A stretch of 64,000 bases of DNA from a virus: IMG/VR virus record IMGVR_UViG_3300043395_003089, positions 25,168 through 89,167 of that record; one strand, 5' to 3'. The notes under the pieces were generated by a model. The model made no database searches and was not told the DNA's origin. It was given only the letters and a program-made list of their open reading frames with translations. Both the position numbers and the translations under genes were made by a program. Numbering within the stretch: position 1 is the stretch's first letter; each line of letters starts with the position of its first letter. Shown here piece after piece: positions 29,105 through 39,108 of the stretch.

Positions 29105-29736
29105 GGCTTGATCGCTTTCATGAACGCATGGAAGTCGATCGCCGTGTTCCAGTAGTTGCGCAGCTCGCGCTGCGCGACCTGCGGATGCTTGGTGTTGAGC
29201 ACCGAATCGACGGTGGTCTGTACGTTGACATCGAAGTCGCACTTGACGTTGTAGTGATCGAGCAACTGGCTCTTGCGCCACGCGGCCGAGAAATATGCGA
29301 ACGTCTCTTCGACGAAGAACCGGCGATGCGTCGGGTCTTGAAATGCGCGGTTGCTACGCCCGGCTGGCACGATCACCGTGAACAAGCCGCCCGGCACGAG
29401 CACGCGCCACGCCTCGTCCATGAAGCGAAACAGTGCATCTTGGCCACCGTGAGCGACAGGCTGACCACGTTCGTCGACATGCACCATCGGGATGTGCTCG
29501 GCGAAGTGACTGCTACGCAGCTCGGCGATCGAGCTGTCCGCAAACGGCCACGGATACGTCATCAGATCGACGACATGTTGCGCGCCCTCCCAGATGTCGA
29601 CGCCCTCGAAGCCTTCGCGTGGGCGTTGACCGCACGCGAGATCGAGCTTGCGCCCGGATGGTGACGCGGCGATCACTGGTGCAGCCGTGTTTGCGGCACG
29701 AGCAAGTGTCTTAGCCAACTTGGATTTCTTTTTCAC
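29101..29736 (-). CDS. class I SAM-dependent methyltransferase
   Basis: LDLACG, VDI, WPFADSS, HFAEH, RVLVPGG, DPTH. Confidence 0.88.
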   Translation of the reverse strand: MKKKSKLAKTLARAANTAAPVIAASPSGRKLDLACGQRPREGFEGVDIWEGAQHVVDLMTYPWPFADSSIAELRSSHFAEHIPMVHVDERGQPVAHGGQDALFRFMDEAWRVLVPGGLFTVIVPAGRSNRAFQDPTHRRFFVEETFAYFSAAWRKSQLLDHYNVKCDFDVNVQTTVDSVLNTKHPQVAQRELRNYWNTAIDFHAFMKAIKP

Positions 29737-29747
29737 GGTGATTTTCC

Positions 29748-30551
29748 TCAGTAGATGATGCCGGTCGCGAGATCGAGATGGCCGACGACCACTCGAAAGT
29801 CGACGGCGAAGCGCTTACCCTTCGAGCGCGCGTTCTTGCAGAAGTAGAGATCTTGCGTGAACGCGATCGGGCTACCGTCGACGACGTCAGCGACGGTGAC
29901 GAACCAAGGCGGTTCGAGCTGACGGAACAACTCCATACGATAGAGCGAGCAGCCCATCGCGATGCCGTTCACCTCCATCACATGGCCCTTGGCCTGCGCC
30001 TCGCGCACATCGCGTGGCCTGAAGTCGAGCACGCCAGTTCGCGCGTACTCCTCGGGGTCGCCGTACGCCATCGGCATGTTGATGTCGCCTTTGGTGTAGT
30101 AGATCCCAGACACGCCGTCATAGGGCCCAGCTTCGATCGTCTGTAGGAGCTTGATGTGCGCGTCGGGCGGCTGGAGGTTGTCGGTTTCCATCGTCATGAT
30201 GTACTTCCACTTCGACAGCTCCGGGTCGGCGAGTACCTGTTGGATCACTCGCGTATATGCAACACCGACTTCATCGCCGGTCGCGAACAGCATCGCGCGC
30301 TTCTGATTCATCGGCGCCATCAGACCCTGCCACGTCTGTTGGACGCGCAGATCGACCATCGTGTCTCGTGCTGGGACGATGATCACCGTCGAGTTGTCTT
30401 TGTAGGTCGAGCCCGGAAGATGCGTGACGCGCTCGAAGCCAAGGCCCTCGAAGGAGCCGATATCGACTTGGCCCTTGGGGGGCAGATGATATCGAACACC
30501 GTGAGGCGTTGACGCGGGCTGAGGCTTTCCAGCCGGCTTCTTTTTCTTCAC
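29748..30551 (-). CDS. GT-A fold (family 2-like) glycosyltransferase
   Basis: IIVP, METDN (DxD-like), GxYY.K, MGCSL, QDLYFC, VGH. Confidence 0.8.
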   Translation of the reverse strand: MKKKKPAGKPQPASTPHGVRYHLPPKGQVDIGSFEGLGFERVTHLPGSTYKDNSTVIIVPARDTMVDLRVQQTWQGLMAPMNQKRAMLFATGDEVGVAYTRVIQQVLADPELSKWKYIMTMETDNLQPPDAHIKLLQTIEAGPYDGVSGIYYTKGDINMPMAYGDPEEYARTGVLDFRPRDVREAQAKGHVMEVNGIAMGCSLYRMELFRQLEPPWFVTVADVVDGSPIAFTQDLYFCKNARSKGKRFAVDFRVVVGHLDLATGIIY

Positions 30552-30581
30552 GCAGCGGACGCTACCACGCTGCTCTGCCAG

Positions 30582-32300
30582 CTACTTCGCGGCCCAACCC
30601 GTGTTCCCGGTGCCCGATTCCTTGATGTACATCGAAGTGCCGGCGCCGCCGTCGAGACGCAGAAACTGGGACCCGATTCGTGCCGTGACGTTGCTCTCTG
30701 GGTCACCGTTGCCGGCGATGATCTGCGGGCCGAACGTGCACGCGTTCGAGGCGATGCGAACGTAGACACCCGCTGGCATCGAGAACGCGGCGACCGAGGC
30801 ATTGATCGCCACACCCGCGACCATCAAGAAATCGGTGAACGCTGCCGCGTTGGGGCCGTCGAAGTTGACGCCGGTCGCGACCGCATCGAACGTGCCGCCC
30901 GTCACTTGAATCGCGCCGATGTTCGCGCCGTTCGACAGCACGTGCACGCCATTCGCCCAGGTGCCAGCGTCTGCGGCGATCAAGCTGTTCGAGACCTGGA
31001 TGTTATCGGCGACGACGGCAACCGCCTCGATCAAGATCGCGTCGGCAACGGAAGCCCCCGCGTCGGCGACGAGCGGAACGTTCGCCTGGATCTGCGTCGT
31101 GTGACAGTCGAGCGCATGCAGAAGCCCGGACGTCGCGCCCGTCGTGTCTTGGATCCAGTGGTTTCGTTGGACCTGGACCTGCGAACAGGTATCGAGCTTG
31201 ACGATGAGGCCATCGGCGCAAGTCGACGCACGCGAGACGATGTTGCCTTGCACCTGCGAGTTGGTGGTGTCCTCGACGGTGATGCAGGCATCGGTGATCG
31301 CGGCGACCGAACACACGATCTGGTTGTGCTGCAATTGCAGCTTGGTCGCGTCAGCGATCGCGACAAAGCCCGAGATGTCGTTGATCGCGATCGACACACG
31401 TTCCAGAATCGCCGTCGAGCCCAGCTTGATGGCACACTTGGTCGCGTTCGTGATCCGGTTGCCGATGATCTTGATGTCGGCGATGTCCTCGCCGACGGTG
31501 TCTTCGATCAAGATCGTATTGTCTTCGGCCGTCGTGTTGATGACGTCCGAATCGATGATCCACACCGTGCTGACGTTGCCGTCGAGCCAGATGTTCGGCC
31601 CACCAGCGTCGCGCATGTCACAGCCGTCGATCCACACGACATCGACTGGATCAGCCGTGCCGCCCATGAACACGTAGGCACCCGCGTTCGCGACGCCACC
31701 CGTGTAGCGGCAGTTGATGAACTTGACGATCGACGCCTCGATCACGTTGATCAGATGGCACTGATTCGCGCCGACGTTCGAGAGCCCAGATTGATCGAAC
31801 GTCAAGAGCTCGAATTCGGTCGAGTTGGAGCCACCGTCGATCCTGAACAGGTTGTAGGCGCCGCCGCCAGCGCTGCCGGATTGCTTGAGCGTCGATCCCT
31901 GCCAGCCCGTGCCGAGGAAGCGCACGTTGTCAATATTGTCGAGCAGAAACGAATACGGGTTCGCGCCGTTCTTGCCGCACAAGTACGTGCCGGGCGGAAA
32001 GTACACCGTCCCGCCGATCACGGCCGCATCGTCGATCGCGAGTTGGATCGCTGCGCGATCGTCGGTCACGCCGTCGCCGGTTGCGCCATAGTCCTTGACG
32101 TTGAAGTAGATGCCGGTCGGAACGAGCGTCCACGCGGTGTCGCCTGCACCGGTCTTGGTGTAGTCGCCAGCTGTCCCAGAGCGCCAATACTTACTGCCGA
32201 CCGCCGCCGCGATGCCCGCGCCAGCTGTCGGATCGACGGTGTCGGAGATGAGATCGACGGTGTTGAGCTTGCCGCGAACGAAGGAAAGTGTTTTGGACAT
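30582..32300 (-). CDS. beta-helix (pectate lyase 3-like) spike/depolymerase
   Basis: FNVKDYGATGDGVTDDRAAIQ, YFPPGTY, parallel beta-helix repeats. Confidence 0.88.
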   Translation of the reverse strand: MSKTLSFVRGKLNTVDLISDTVDPTAGAGIAAAVGSKYWRSGTAGDYTKTGAGDTAWTLVPTGIYFNVKDYGATGDGVTDDRAAIQLAIDDAAVIGGTVYFPPGTYLCGKNGANPYSFLLDNIDNVRFLGTGWQGSTLKQSGSAGGGAYNLFRIDGGSNSTEFELLTFDQSGLSNVGANQCHLINVIEASIVKFINCRYTGGVANAGAYVFMGGTADPVDVVWIDGCDMRDAGGPNIWLDGNVSTVWIIDSDVINTTAEDNTILIEDTVGEDIADIKIIGNRITNATKCAIKLGSTAILERVSIAINDISGFVAIADATKLQLQHNQIVCSVAAITDACITVEDTTNSQVQGNIVSRASTCADGLIVKLDTCSQVQVQRNHWIQDTTGATSGLLHALDCHTTQIQANVPLVADAGASVADAILIEAVAVVADNIQVSNSLIAADAGTWANGVHVLSNGANIGAIQVTGGTFDAVATGVNFDGPNAAAFTDFLMVAGVAINASVAAFSMPAGVYVRIASNACTFGPQIIAGNGDPESNVTARIGSQFLRLDGGAGTSMYIKESGTGNTGWAAK

Positions 32301-32310
32301 CGCTTAGCTC

Positions 32311-34095
32311 CTACTTGGCATCCCAACCCGTGTTGCCGCCGCTGTCGCCTTCCTTGACGTAGAGCGTGGTGCCAGCGCCGCCGCCGGTCGAGCGAAGGCC
32401 GTACGAGCCGATCGCAGCATCGACGACGCCCGCGGGGTCGACCTGGAGTTGATAGATCGTTGGCCCAAGATCGGTGCCGGTGCCGTCGATCGGAATCGAC
32501 GTCAGCGGCGCGTTCAAGACCACTGCGCCGACGTTGGCATCCGCGAACACGTTGCGGCCGAACACCGATGCATCGGTGACCTGCGAGAGTCGCGCACCGC
32601 GTTGCGTGTGCCGAATGAAGTTGTCGGTGCAGCTCACCGGGCCACAGTCGAAACCGGTCGCACCAACAATAATCGCGTTCTCGAACCGTGCGTCAATACC
32701 GATGCCCATATTGGCCGTGACCGCGAGATCGAAGATGTCACGGTTGTTGGCGATGAATTGCGTCGCTTGGCCATTGTCGGCGGGGAATTCGAGGCGGATT
32801 AGGTTCGCGACGATGAGCCCGCGACGGACATCCTGATATGACACACCTGCGCCGTCGCTCGCGCCCGACAGGTTTTGCACGATGTTGCTATCGGTGACGA
32901 TGCCCTCGACGTCGCCATCGCCACCGAGATTCGCGACGTCGACCATCAATACAGTCGACGTGTTGCCGTCGACGTAGATCTGATTGCAATCGATCACGAG
33001 ATCGTGCGCGAACTTGAAGAAACTGATCGCGAAGGCTTCCGAGGCTGCGGGCGGCGAGATGTTGATGTCGACGATGTTTCCGGTGAATAGGAGCCTGGAA
33101 ATATTGCCGCCCGAGACATTGCCCTCACCAGCTTGCGAGACACCCTGCATTGTCGTGTTGTGCGCGTAGATCGTATCGGAATGCGACTGGTCATCAGAGC
33201 CGTTGCCCGATAGCGTGACCGAGCCCTCGAAGTGGTTGCGTAGGATGCGCATGCTCGTATTCGAGCCGACGCCCGATGGCTCGAAGTCGACCGGGCCCGC
33301 ACCCGTGCAGTAGTTCGCGTCGAGCGTGACGTCGTCGACGGCGCGTTGGAACGAGAAACACGTACGTGACGCAGGCGTGTTGTCCATCTCGAACACGCAG
33401 CGCTTGCAGAGAATGTCGCGTACGCGATTCGTGTTGTTGGCGCCGAGGAAGCGCACGGCGTCGCCACGCGTGTGGCCGAAGTAGCAATCGAGGATGAATG
33501 ATTGCCCGGTCTCGACGATCACCGAGGCGACCGTGTTCTCGAAGTGAATCAGGTGTTGCTGCTCGTTCTCGTTGGTGAGCGCCGAGCGCATCATCAGGCT
33601 CTTGAAGCCAATGCGCTTGCAGCCCGCGGTCATGTTGAACAAGCGACGATCTGTCGAAGTGCCGTTACCTGACATCACGAGCGCGCTCGAACGCCCGCAG
33701 CCCATGAACAAGACGCCCGAGCTCGCGGAGCCCGACATCGTAAAGATGGTGATTCCTGCAACGACGAAACACGCGTACGTGCCCGGCGGGAAGAACACGA
33801 CACCGCCACCAGCGGCGATCGCTGCATTGATCGCGAGTTGAATCGCTGCACGATCGTCGGTGACTCCGTCACCGGTCGCCCCGAACGTCTTGACGTTGAA
33901 GTACGGCGCACGTAGAAGCTCTTGCGTCCACGAGGTATCCGTCGAGCCCATCTTGAGCCACGGAATACCGATCGTCTGCTCGTATTGGCTGCCGACGGGA
34001 GCGGCGACGCCAGCACCAGCGATCGGGGATGCCACACCCGACACGAGATCGAGCGCGTTGAGCCGCGCCCGAATCATGGAGAGTGCCTTGCTCAT
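32311..34095 (-). CDS. beta-helix spike/depolymerase, paralog of 30582-32300
   Basis: FNVKTFGATGDGVTDDRAAIQ; same N- and C-terminal modules. Confidence 0.88.
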   Translation of the reverse strand: MSKALSMIRARLNALDLVSGVASPIAGAGVAAPVGSQYEQTIGIPWLKMGSTDTSWTQELLRAPYFNVKTFGATGDGVTDDRAAIQLAINAAIAAGGGVVFFPPGTYACFVVAGITIFTMSGSASSGVLFMGCGRSSALVMSGNGTSTDRRLFNMTAGCKRIGFKSLMMRSALTNENEQQHLIHFENTVASVIVETGQSFILDCYFGHTRGDAVRFLGANNTNRVRDILCKRCVFEMDNTPASRTCFSFQRAVDDVTLDANYCTGAGPVDFEPSGVGSNTSMRILRNHFEGSVTLSGNGSDDQSHSDTIYAHNTTMQGVSQAGEGNVSGGNISRLLFTGNIVDINISPPAASEAFAISFFKFAHDLVIDCNQIYVDGNTSTVLMVDVANLGGDGDVEGIVTDSNIVQNLSGASDGAGVSYQDVRRGLIVANLIRLEFPADNGQATQFIANNRDIFDLAVTANMGIGIDARFENAIIVGATGFDCGPVSCTDNFIRHTQRGARLSQVTDASVFGRNVFADANVGAVVLNAPLTSIPIDGTGTDLGPTIYQLQVDPAGVVDAAIGSYGLRSTGGGAGTTLYVKEGDSGGNTGWDAK

Positions 34096-35387
34096 ACGCT
34101 TTGCCCGAGCTGAATGATCGGTAAGCTGCCAGCGGCGATTGCAGTGCCGCGGATATCGCTGAACGCGACCGAGCTCGGAAGCGCGGCGGTTTGCACGCTG
34201 AGGAAGCCACGACCAAGATACTCTTGATTGGTCGCGTTGTTTGCCGCACCGAGGAAGCCCGACAACGCCGAGGCTTGCGTCGCGTCAACTAGAAGCTGAC
34301 GGAATGACGCGTTCTGACTCGAAAACGTCGAGGCCGCGAGCACGCCGAACCAGTAGTCGTTTTTGGGCAACGTCGATGACCAAGCACCCGACGTGAGACG
34401 GATACCGTTGTTGATCGACGAGTTGACGGTGCCGCTATGGTTGACCGTGCCCGAGATCGACGACGACATCAGGAGCGAAAGCGTGCTGACGTTCTTGGTG
34501 TAAACGCCGAGCTGATAGCTCCACGAGATCGTGCCGGTCGAGTCGGTCGCGCCCGAGAAGTGCACGAGCGCGTTGAACTGGCTGAACACGACGTTTGGCG
34601 CCGTGAGCGGCTGGATGTGCAGCGAGCTTTGTTGAAGGTTCTGTAGGCCTGCGCTTTGAATCGAGAGCGGATAGAATTGCGAGTGGCTGAACGTGTCGCC
34701 GCCGGCTGCGACCGACGCCGTGATCACGTTCGAGCCGGCCATGCCGAATGTCACGCCGTTGCTGTTGGCGAAGCTCACGGTGCCCGTCGAGACGCTCTGC
34801 GTACCCGCGGAAAGCGCGAACGGCGTTTCAGCCGCGACGCTCGCCGTGATCGTATTGCCGTTGACGCCGAACGACACGCCGGAGCCGTTCGCGAACGAGA
34901 CGCCCTGTCCGGTCGCGTTCGTCGTGCCGCCCGAGATCGACTTGATCGCCGCGACTGACGCCGAGGCCGTCATCGTCGCCGAGCCCGCCATGCCGAACGA
35001 GACGTTGCCGGCGTTCGAGAACACGACGGTGCCCGTCGAGACGCTCTGCGTGCCGCCCGAGATCGCGAACGGGGTCTCGGCTGCGACGCTCGCCGTGATC
35101 GTCGAGGCGTTCAGCCCAAACGAGACGCCGTTCGAGTTGCTGAAAACAGCCGTACCCGTGGCCATCGATTGCGTACCCGCGGACAGGCCGATGCCGGCCT
35201 CGGGCACCACGCTCGCCGTGATCGTGTTGCCGTTGATCCCGAACGACACGTTGTTCGAGTTGGCGAAGCTGACGCCCGGTCCGGTGGCGTTGGTCGTGCC
35301 TCCCGAGATCGCGGTGATGCCGCCAGCGCCGCCGCTAGCACCACCAGCGCCCGCGTTTGGGGTAAAGCCATCACAACAGCCGCTCAT
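34092..35387 (-). CDS. fibre/spike protein with ~40-aa repeats
   Basis: Five ISGGT...VSFANSNxVSFG...TITASV repeats, as in 26731-27762. Confidence 0.8.
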   Translation of the reverse strand: MSGCCDGFTPNAGAGGASGGAGGITAISGGTTNATGPGVSFANSNNVSFGINGNTITASVVPEAGIGLSAGTQSMATGTAVFSNSNGVSFGLNASTITASVAAETPFAISGGTQSVSTGTVVFSNAGNVSFGMAGSATMTASASVAAIKSISGGTTNATGQGVSFANGSGVSFGVNGNTITASVAAETPFALSAGTQSVSTGTVSFANSNGVTFGMAGSNVITASVAAGGDTFSHSQFYPLSIQSAGLQNLQQSSLHIQPLTAPNVVFSQFNALVHFSGATDSTGTISWSYQLGVYTKNVSTLSLLMSSSISGTVNHSGTVNSSINNGIRLTSGAWSSTLPKNDYWFGVLAASTFSSQNASFRQLLVDATQASALSGFLGAANNATNQEYLGRGFLSVQTAALPSSVAFSDIRGTAIAAGSLPIIQLGQSV

Positions 35388-35390
35388 GAT

Positions 35391-35915
35391 TCACCCCAGA
35401 TATTCGCGTGCGCGAATCGGCCGCGCACGAACCGTGACGGTCTCGCCGCCGGGGATAGCGATGTCGCCAGCAACGCCGCCGACACTGATGAAGTCGTATA
35501 GCGATAGATCGCTGACCATCTCGGTGTAGCCAACGAGCTCGCCGCTTCCAACGTTCAAGACGATCGGAATCTGTGGCGCAACACCACCCCGCGCCATCCC
35601 GAGCGCACCAAGCAACGTTCGTTGCAAGTTGCCTGCGGCGTCGACGATCGCGCCGTAGAGGCCGATCTGTTCCGCGAACGTGCCGTTACCGATCACGAGG
35701 GCGGCACTCGCCGTGAATTCGAGCGCGAAACACGTGTACGGCGATTCGGTCGCGCGACGAAGCGTCTTCCAGACTTCGCAGCTCACGTAACCGCCGTTGG
35801 CGCCGCCGAGAGACAGGACGGGCGCGTTGGTGAGTACGTTCACGACGAGCGACGATTCGTCCCTCCCGACCGAAGGGACGTTGCGCAGAAGCGGAAAGCG
35901 GATCGTCTTGCTCAT
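35391..35915 (-). CDS. putative structural protein
   Basis: Beta-rich ORF in spike operon. Confidence 0.65.
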   Translation of the reverse strand: MSKTIRFPLLRNVPSVGRDESSLVVNVLTNAPVLSLGGANGGYVSCEVWKTLRRATESPYTCFALEFTASAALVIGNGTFAEQIGLYGAIVDAAGNLQRTLLGALGMARGGVAPQIPIVLNVGSGELVGYTEMVSDLSLYDFISVGGVAGDIAIPGGETVTVRARPIRAREYLG

Positions 35916-35918
35916 CGC

Positions 35919-36476
35919 TTAGCGGCCCTTCTTTGCCGGCTTGCGGAACTTGGTGAACGCGATCAGGAGCGCGATGCCGCCGCCGATGCCGATGCCGGCT
36001 TGCTGCCACTGTGGGAGCTGAGTGAACCAGAGCCGCGTCTTCATCCACGTGCCGGCGCCAGGTGGCGCTTGGACGTTGAACGCGCCGCGGTCGGGCAACG
36101 TGCCACCGCTTGGGGGCCGCACGAGGCTGACCGTCGCCGCTGGTTGAAGGTCGACGCCGTCTGCTACTTTCGTCAGGAACGTGTTGAGCCCGACGTTGGC
36201 TTGCATGACCTTAGTGTGATCGAGCGCGCCGCTGTCGGTGATCAGCGACGTCAATAGGCTGCGCGCGGTCTCTTTGTCGTTCTGATCGACGCAGAGCTCG
36301 ACGCCACCATCGCCGTCGACGCAGCCATCGGTGCCGCCCACCCAACCGAGCGCCCGAAAGACGCCGTTGGACGTCTTGTCGCCCATGCCGCCATCGATCG
36401 CGAGCTGCGAGAAGCCGGCCTCGCTGGCGTATCGATTCAGCGTCGCTTGCAGCTTGGCCAGATTCTCGCTTGCCAT
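35919..36476 (-). CDS. membrane-anchored protein with peptidoglycan-binding-like N-terminus
   Basis: LQATLN...LAIDGGMGDKT; C-terminal TM + basic tail. Confidence 0.7.
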   Translation of the reverse strand: MASENLAKLQATLNRYASEAGFSQLAIDGGMGDKTSNGVFRALGWVGGTDGCVDGDGGVELCVDQNDKETARSLLTSLITDSGALDHTKVMQANVGLNTFLTKVADGVDLQPAATVSLVRPPSGGTLPDRGAFNVQAPPGAGTWMKTRLWFTQLPQWQQAGIGIGGGIALLIAFTKFRKPAKKGR

Positions 36477-36518
36477 GTTGCTTTGACCCTACCACAACAG
36501 CCGGGCTATCTTGCTTGT

Positions 36519-37370
36519 ATGTCAGCCCTACGCGGTAGCTCTACGGCCTGCTACCCGTATTTTCATGGTCAGTACGCGCCGCTCGCCGCCGGGCCGCAGA
36601 CGTACATTCGATCGGGATGCAGCGTCGGCAGTAACGGCAACGTCAACTGCGACCCCGAAGACATGCGCGCGAACGCCGAGCTGCAACTGGCACAACTCGG
36701 CTTCCCTCGCGAGCTGTCACTAGAGACCTACACGCTCGCGCGCTACATGCAGGGCGAGGTTGGTAGCGGCACCGTCGAGGAACGCGTCGCCGTCGGTGAA
36801 GCCGCCGTCAATCGCGCGAAGCGTGAACGCACGACGGTCAACGGGCTGTTGCTGTTTCGCCAGCCACAAGGCCACCCGAACCGCGGATGGTACGGGCCGA
36901 TCCATGGCGTCGGGACTGGCGTCTCGACGGCGCCGTACGGCCGATGGGCGACGACAAGCGCCGACCCGACACTCCTGACGTTGCTGCTCGCCGAGCTGGT
37001 GATGTCGGGCAAGAGCTACGATTTCTCGCGCGGCGCCGACGATCAAGATGGGCCCGAGGCCTGGATCGGCCAGGGCCAGGCGTCGCTCGATGGCTACGTG
37101 CGGCGGCTCGCGAGCTCGAACAAGTTCTGGGTCGGGCCGTTGCCCGGCGTCGACCACTGGCACACGTTCCTACAATTCACCGCGGGGCCGTTCGACGACA
37201 AGCAAGCGCTCTTGCAACGAGGTCTCGAAGCACTCAGCCTGCCGGCGCAGCGCCCGCAATGGCCGGCGGATCTGCCGCTCTGTAGCAAGCCCGCGGGCGG
37301 GGCGTTGCTATGGACCGTCGGCGTACTCGCGACGATCTTCGGTGGGTGGTGGGCTGCAAATCGAGCCTAG
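36519..37370 (+). CDS. SleB/Hydrolase_2-like cell-wall hydrolase with C-terminal TM
   Basis: YTLARYMQGE...ERVAVGEAAVNR resembles the SleB catalytic-Glu helix; TM at end. Confidence 0.7.
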   Translation: MSALRGSSTACYPYFHGQYAPLAAGPQTYIRSGCSVGSNGNVNCDPEDMRANAELQLAQLGFPRELSLETYTLARYMQGEVGSGTVEERVAVGEAAVNRAKRERTTVNGLLLFRQPQGHPNRGWYGPIHGVGTGVSTAPYGRWATTSADPTLLTLLLAELVMSGKSYDFSRGADDQDGPEAWIGQGQASLDGYVRRLASSNKFWVGPLPGVDHWHTFLQFTAGPFDDKQALLQRGLEALSLPAQRPQWPADLPLCSKPAGGALLWTVGVLATIFGGWWAANRA

Positions 37371-37409
37371 TTCGCACGCACTGGAAACGGTGATAGGCTG
37401 ACAGCTCAG

Positions 37410-37547
37410 ATGAGCAACACGCCCAACAAGTCGTGCTGCACGCGGCCGATCGTCAGGCCGGCAGTGCCGCCTGCCCGTCCCGCGATTCGACCGGTCGCCC
37501 CCAAACCACGCCCGATCCGCCCCCTCGGCACTCGGCCTGTGCGCTAG
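37410..37547 (+). CDS. 45-aa Pro/Arg-rich peptide (not in ORF track)
   Basis: GTGATAGGCT upstream; MSNTPNKSCCTRPIVRPAVPPARPAIRPVAPKPRPIRPLGTRPVR. Confidence 0.5.
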   Translation: MSNTPNKSCCTRPIVRPAVPPARPAIRPVAPKPRPIRPLGTRPVR

Positions 37548-37560
37548 TATCGGAGTCACT

Positions 37561-37821
37561 ATGGCAAAGGCATGCACCACTCGTCGCGTCGTCATTCGCA
37601 AGAAGCACGGCCGCAAGCTCAAGAGCCCGATCACGTTCACGGCACACAAGGGGACCGGATGCCCGAAGCCGCGCCGCTCGACGGGCCACCTGAAGGAGTA
37701 CAAGCAGATCTTCAGGATCGAGGCGAAGGCTTGCGCGAAGCGCCAGGGCAAGAACTGGAACCGCAAGACCTACGCGCACTGTATCGGCCAAGGCATGAAG
37801 ACCGCCTTCAAGAACCGCTAG
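37561..37821 (+). CDS. small basic Cys-containing protein
   Basis: K/R-rich, 4 Cys; GGAG SD. Confidence 0.7.
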   Translation: MAKACTTRRVVIRKKHGRKLKSPITFTAHKGTGCPKPRRSTGHLKEYKQIFRIEAKACAKRQGKNWNRKTYAHCIGQGMKTAFKNR

Positions 37822-37917
37822 AGCTGCGCTGGCTGTTCGTGATCTTCGGGCCGACGTTGCTCGTCATCGTCGGCGTAGCGGTAGCGCTGGTGGCGTGGCT
37901 CGGTTAGCGAGCCGCGC

Positions 37918-38160
37918 TCACTTCGAGGCCGATGCGTTCGCTACGAGCGCGTCTTTGACGACGACGACGAGCGAGTCTTCCTCGTGTAGCTCGACATGAG
38001 GGACGCCACCGGTTCCGGTGATGTCGTCGAGCTCGGCGTTGATCTCATCGGCGAGCGCGCGGTTGCGCTTGTACGCATCGCAGGCTCGCTTGCCGGCCGC
38101 TTGCATCCGATGCGTTGCGACGACGCCCGACTCCCGTTTGGTGCCGTTCGTGGGGGGCAT
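37918..38160 (-). CDS. hypothetical protein
   Basis: TACAGT 6 nt upstream. Confidence 0.55.
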   Translation of the reverse strand: MPPTNGTKRESGVVATHRMQAAGKRACDAYKRNRALADEINAELDDITGTGGVPHVELHEEDSLVVVVKDALVANASASK

Positions 38161-38204
38161 GGCTCTACTGTAAGCGATCCACGGGCCAAAAAGCGAAGGA
38201 CGCT

Positions 38205-38582
38205 CTAACGGCGAGGCATCAGGAAGCGCTCGTAGACCTTGTTGAGCACCTCGGTGTTCGATTGTGCGGTCTTGGTCGCCTCGTCGGCCATGCGATCAAC
38301 CACATCGGAAAATTCTTTCCTGATCATGTCTTCGCGCTCTTGCGCCGACTCGCGCAAAGCTTGCAGCTGCCTCGCGTACTCGACGAGCGCAGCGACGTGC
38401 TTGGCCTCGTACTCGGCGCGTAGCGACTGCTCCTTAGCGGCCCACGCGACACGATCGGCTGTGATCTTGTCGTCCTTCGCCTCGGAGCGCTTGTAGAGCG
38501 CGAGGATCACGTAAGCGAACACGAACACGAAGACGCCGAGGAGCCCGTATTGCAACGCGGTGCTTTTGGCGATCTCTTCCAC
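38205..38582 (-). CDS. N-terminal TM + coiled-coil protein (holin/spanin-like possible)
   Basis: QYGLLGVFVFVFAYVILALY then helical region. Confidence 0.6.
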   Translation of the reverse strand: MEEIAKSTALQYGLLGVFVFVFAYVILALYKRSEAKDDKITADRVAWAAKEQSLRAEYEAKHVAALVEYARQLQALRESAQEREDMIRKEFSDVVDRMADEATKTAQSNTEVLNKVYERFLMPRR

Positions 38583-38620
38583 AGCCCGAGATTACCATCA
38601 GGGGGTGACAGCCCGCGATG

Positions 38621-38974
38621 TTAGCGATTGGCCAGATGCGCCGACGCCAGGATCTCGTGGATTTGCTGGTCGTCTAGAGCGCCTTCGAGCTTCACCGGGC
38701 GCCGGTTGCGCGTCAGGAGTAGCGTCGTCGGTACGGCTTGGATCTCGTACTGATCGGCGAGCCCGACCACGCTCGGATCTTCGCTCGATGCATCGAGCAT
38801 GAGCACCGGGATCATGCGTGGCGGTACTTGGCCGCTCTCGAACCAGTACATCGGCACGCCGTGGCTGATCCACGCGTCGACCTGTCGCGCGAAGCGTGGC
38901 TTGTAGTCCTCGCATGCCTCGCAGCCCGGCATCGCGAAGACGATGATCATGCTCTTGACGTGGTCGAGGCTCAC
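38621..38974 (-). CDS. thioredoxin-family protein
   Basis: FAMPGCEACEDYKP, LADQYEIQAVPT (cis-Pro), EG. Confidence 0.88.
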   Translation of the reverse strand: MSLDHVKSMIIVFAMPGCEACEDYKPRFARQVDAWISHGVPMYWFESGQVPPRMIPVLMLDASSEDPSVVGLADQYEIQAVPTTLLLTRNRRPVKLEGALDDQQIHEILASAHLANR

Positions 38975-39108
38975 GACGACAGCCTAGCGCGCTGGTCTGC
39001 CACCGGGGCGCAGCACCCGAGTCATCTGGATGCCCACCCCGTAGATGTGCATCTGCCAGACGACGCCTGTACCCATCATCGTCGTCGGCATCGCGGTGTT
39101 GTTTCGTC

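Noticed and set aside
30906-32357. 483-aa + strand ORF
   Set aside because: Antisense shadow of the beta-helix spike gene
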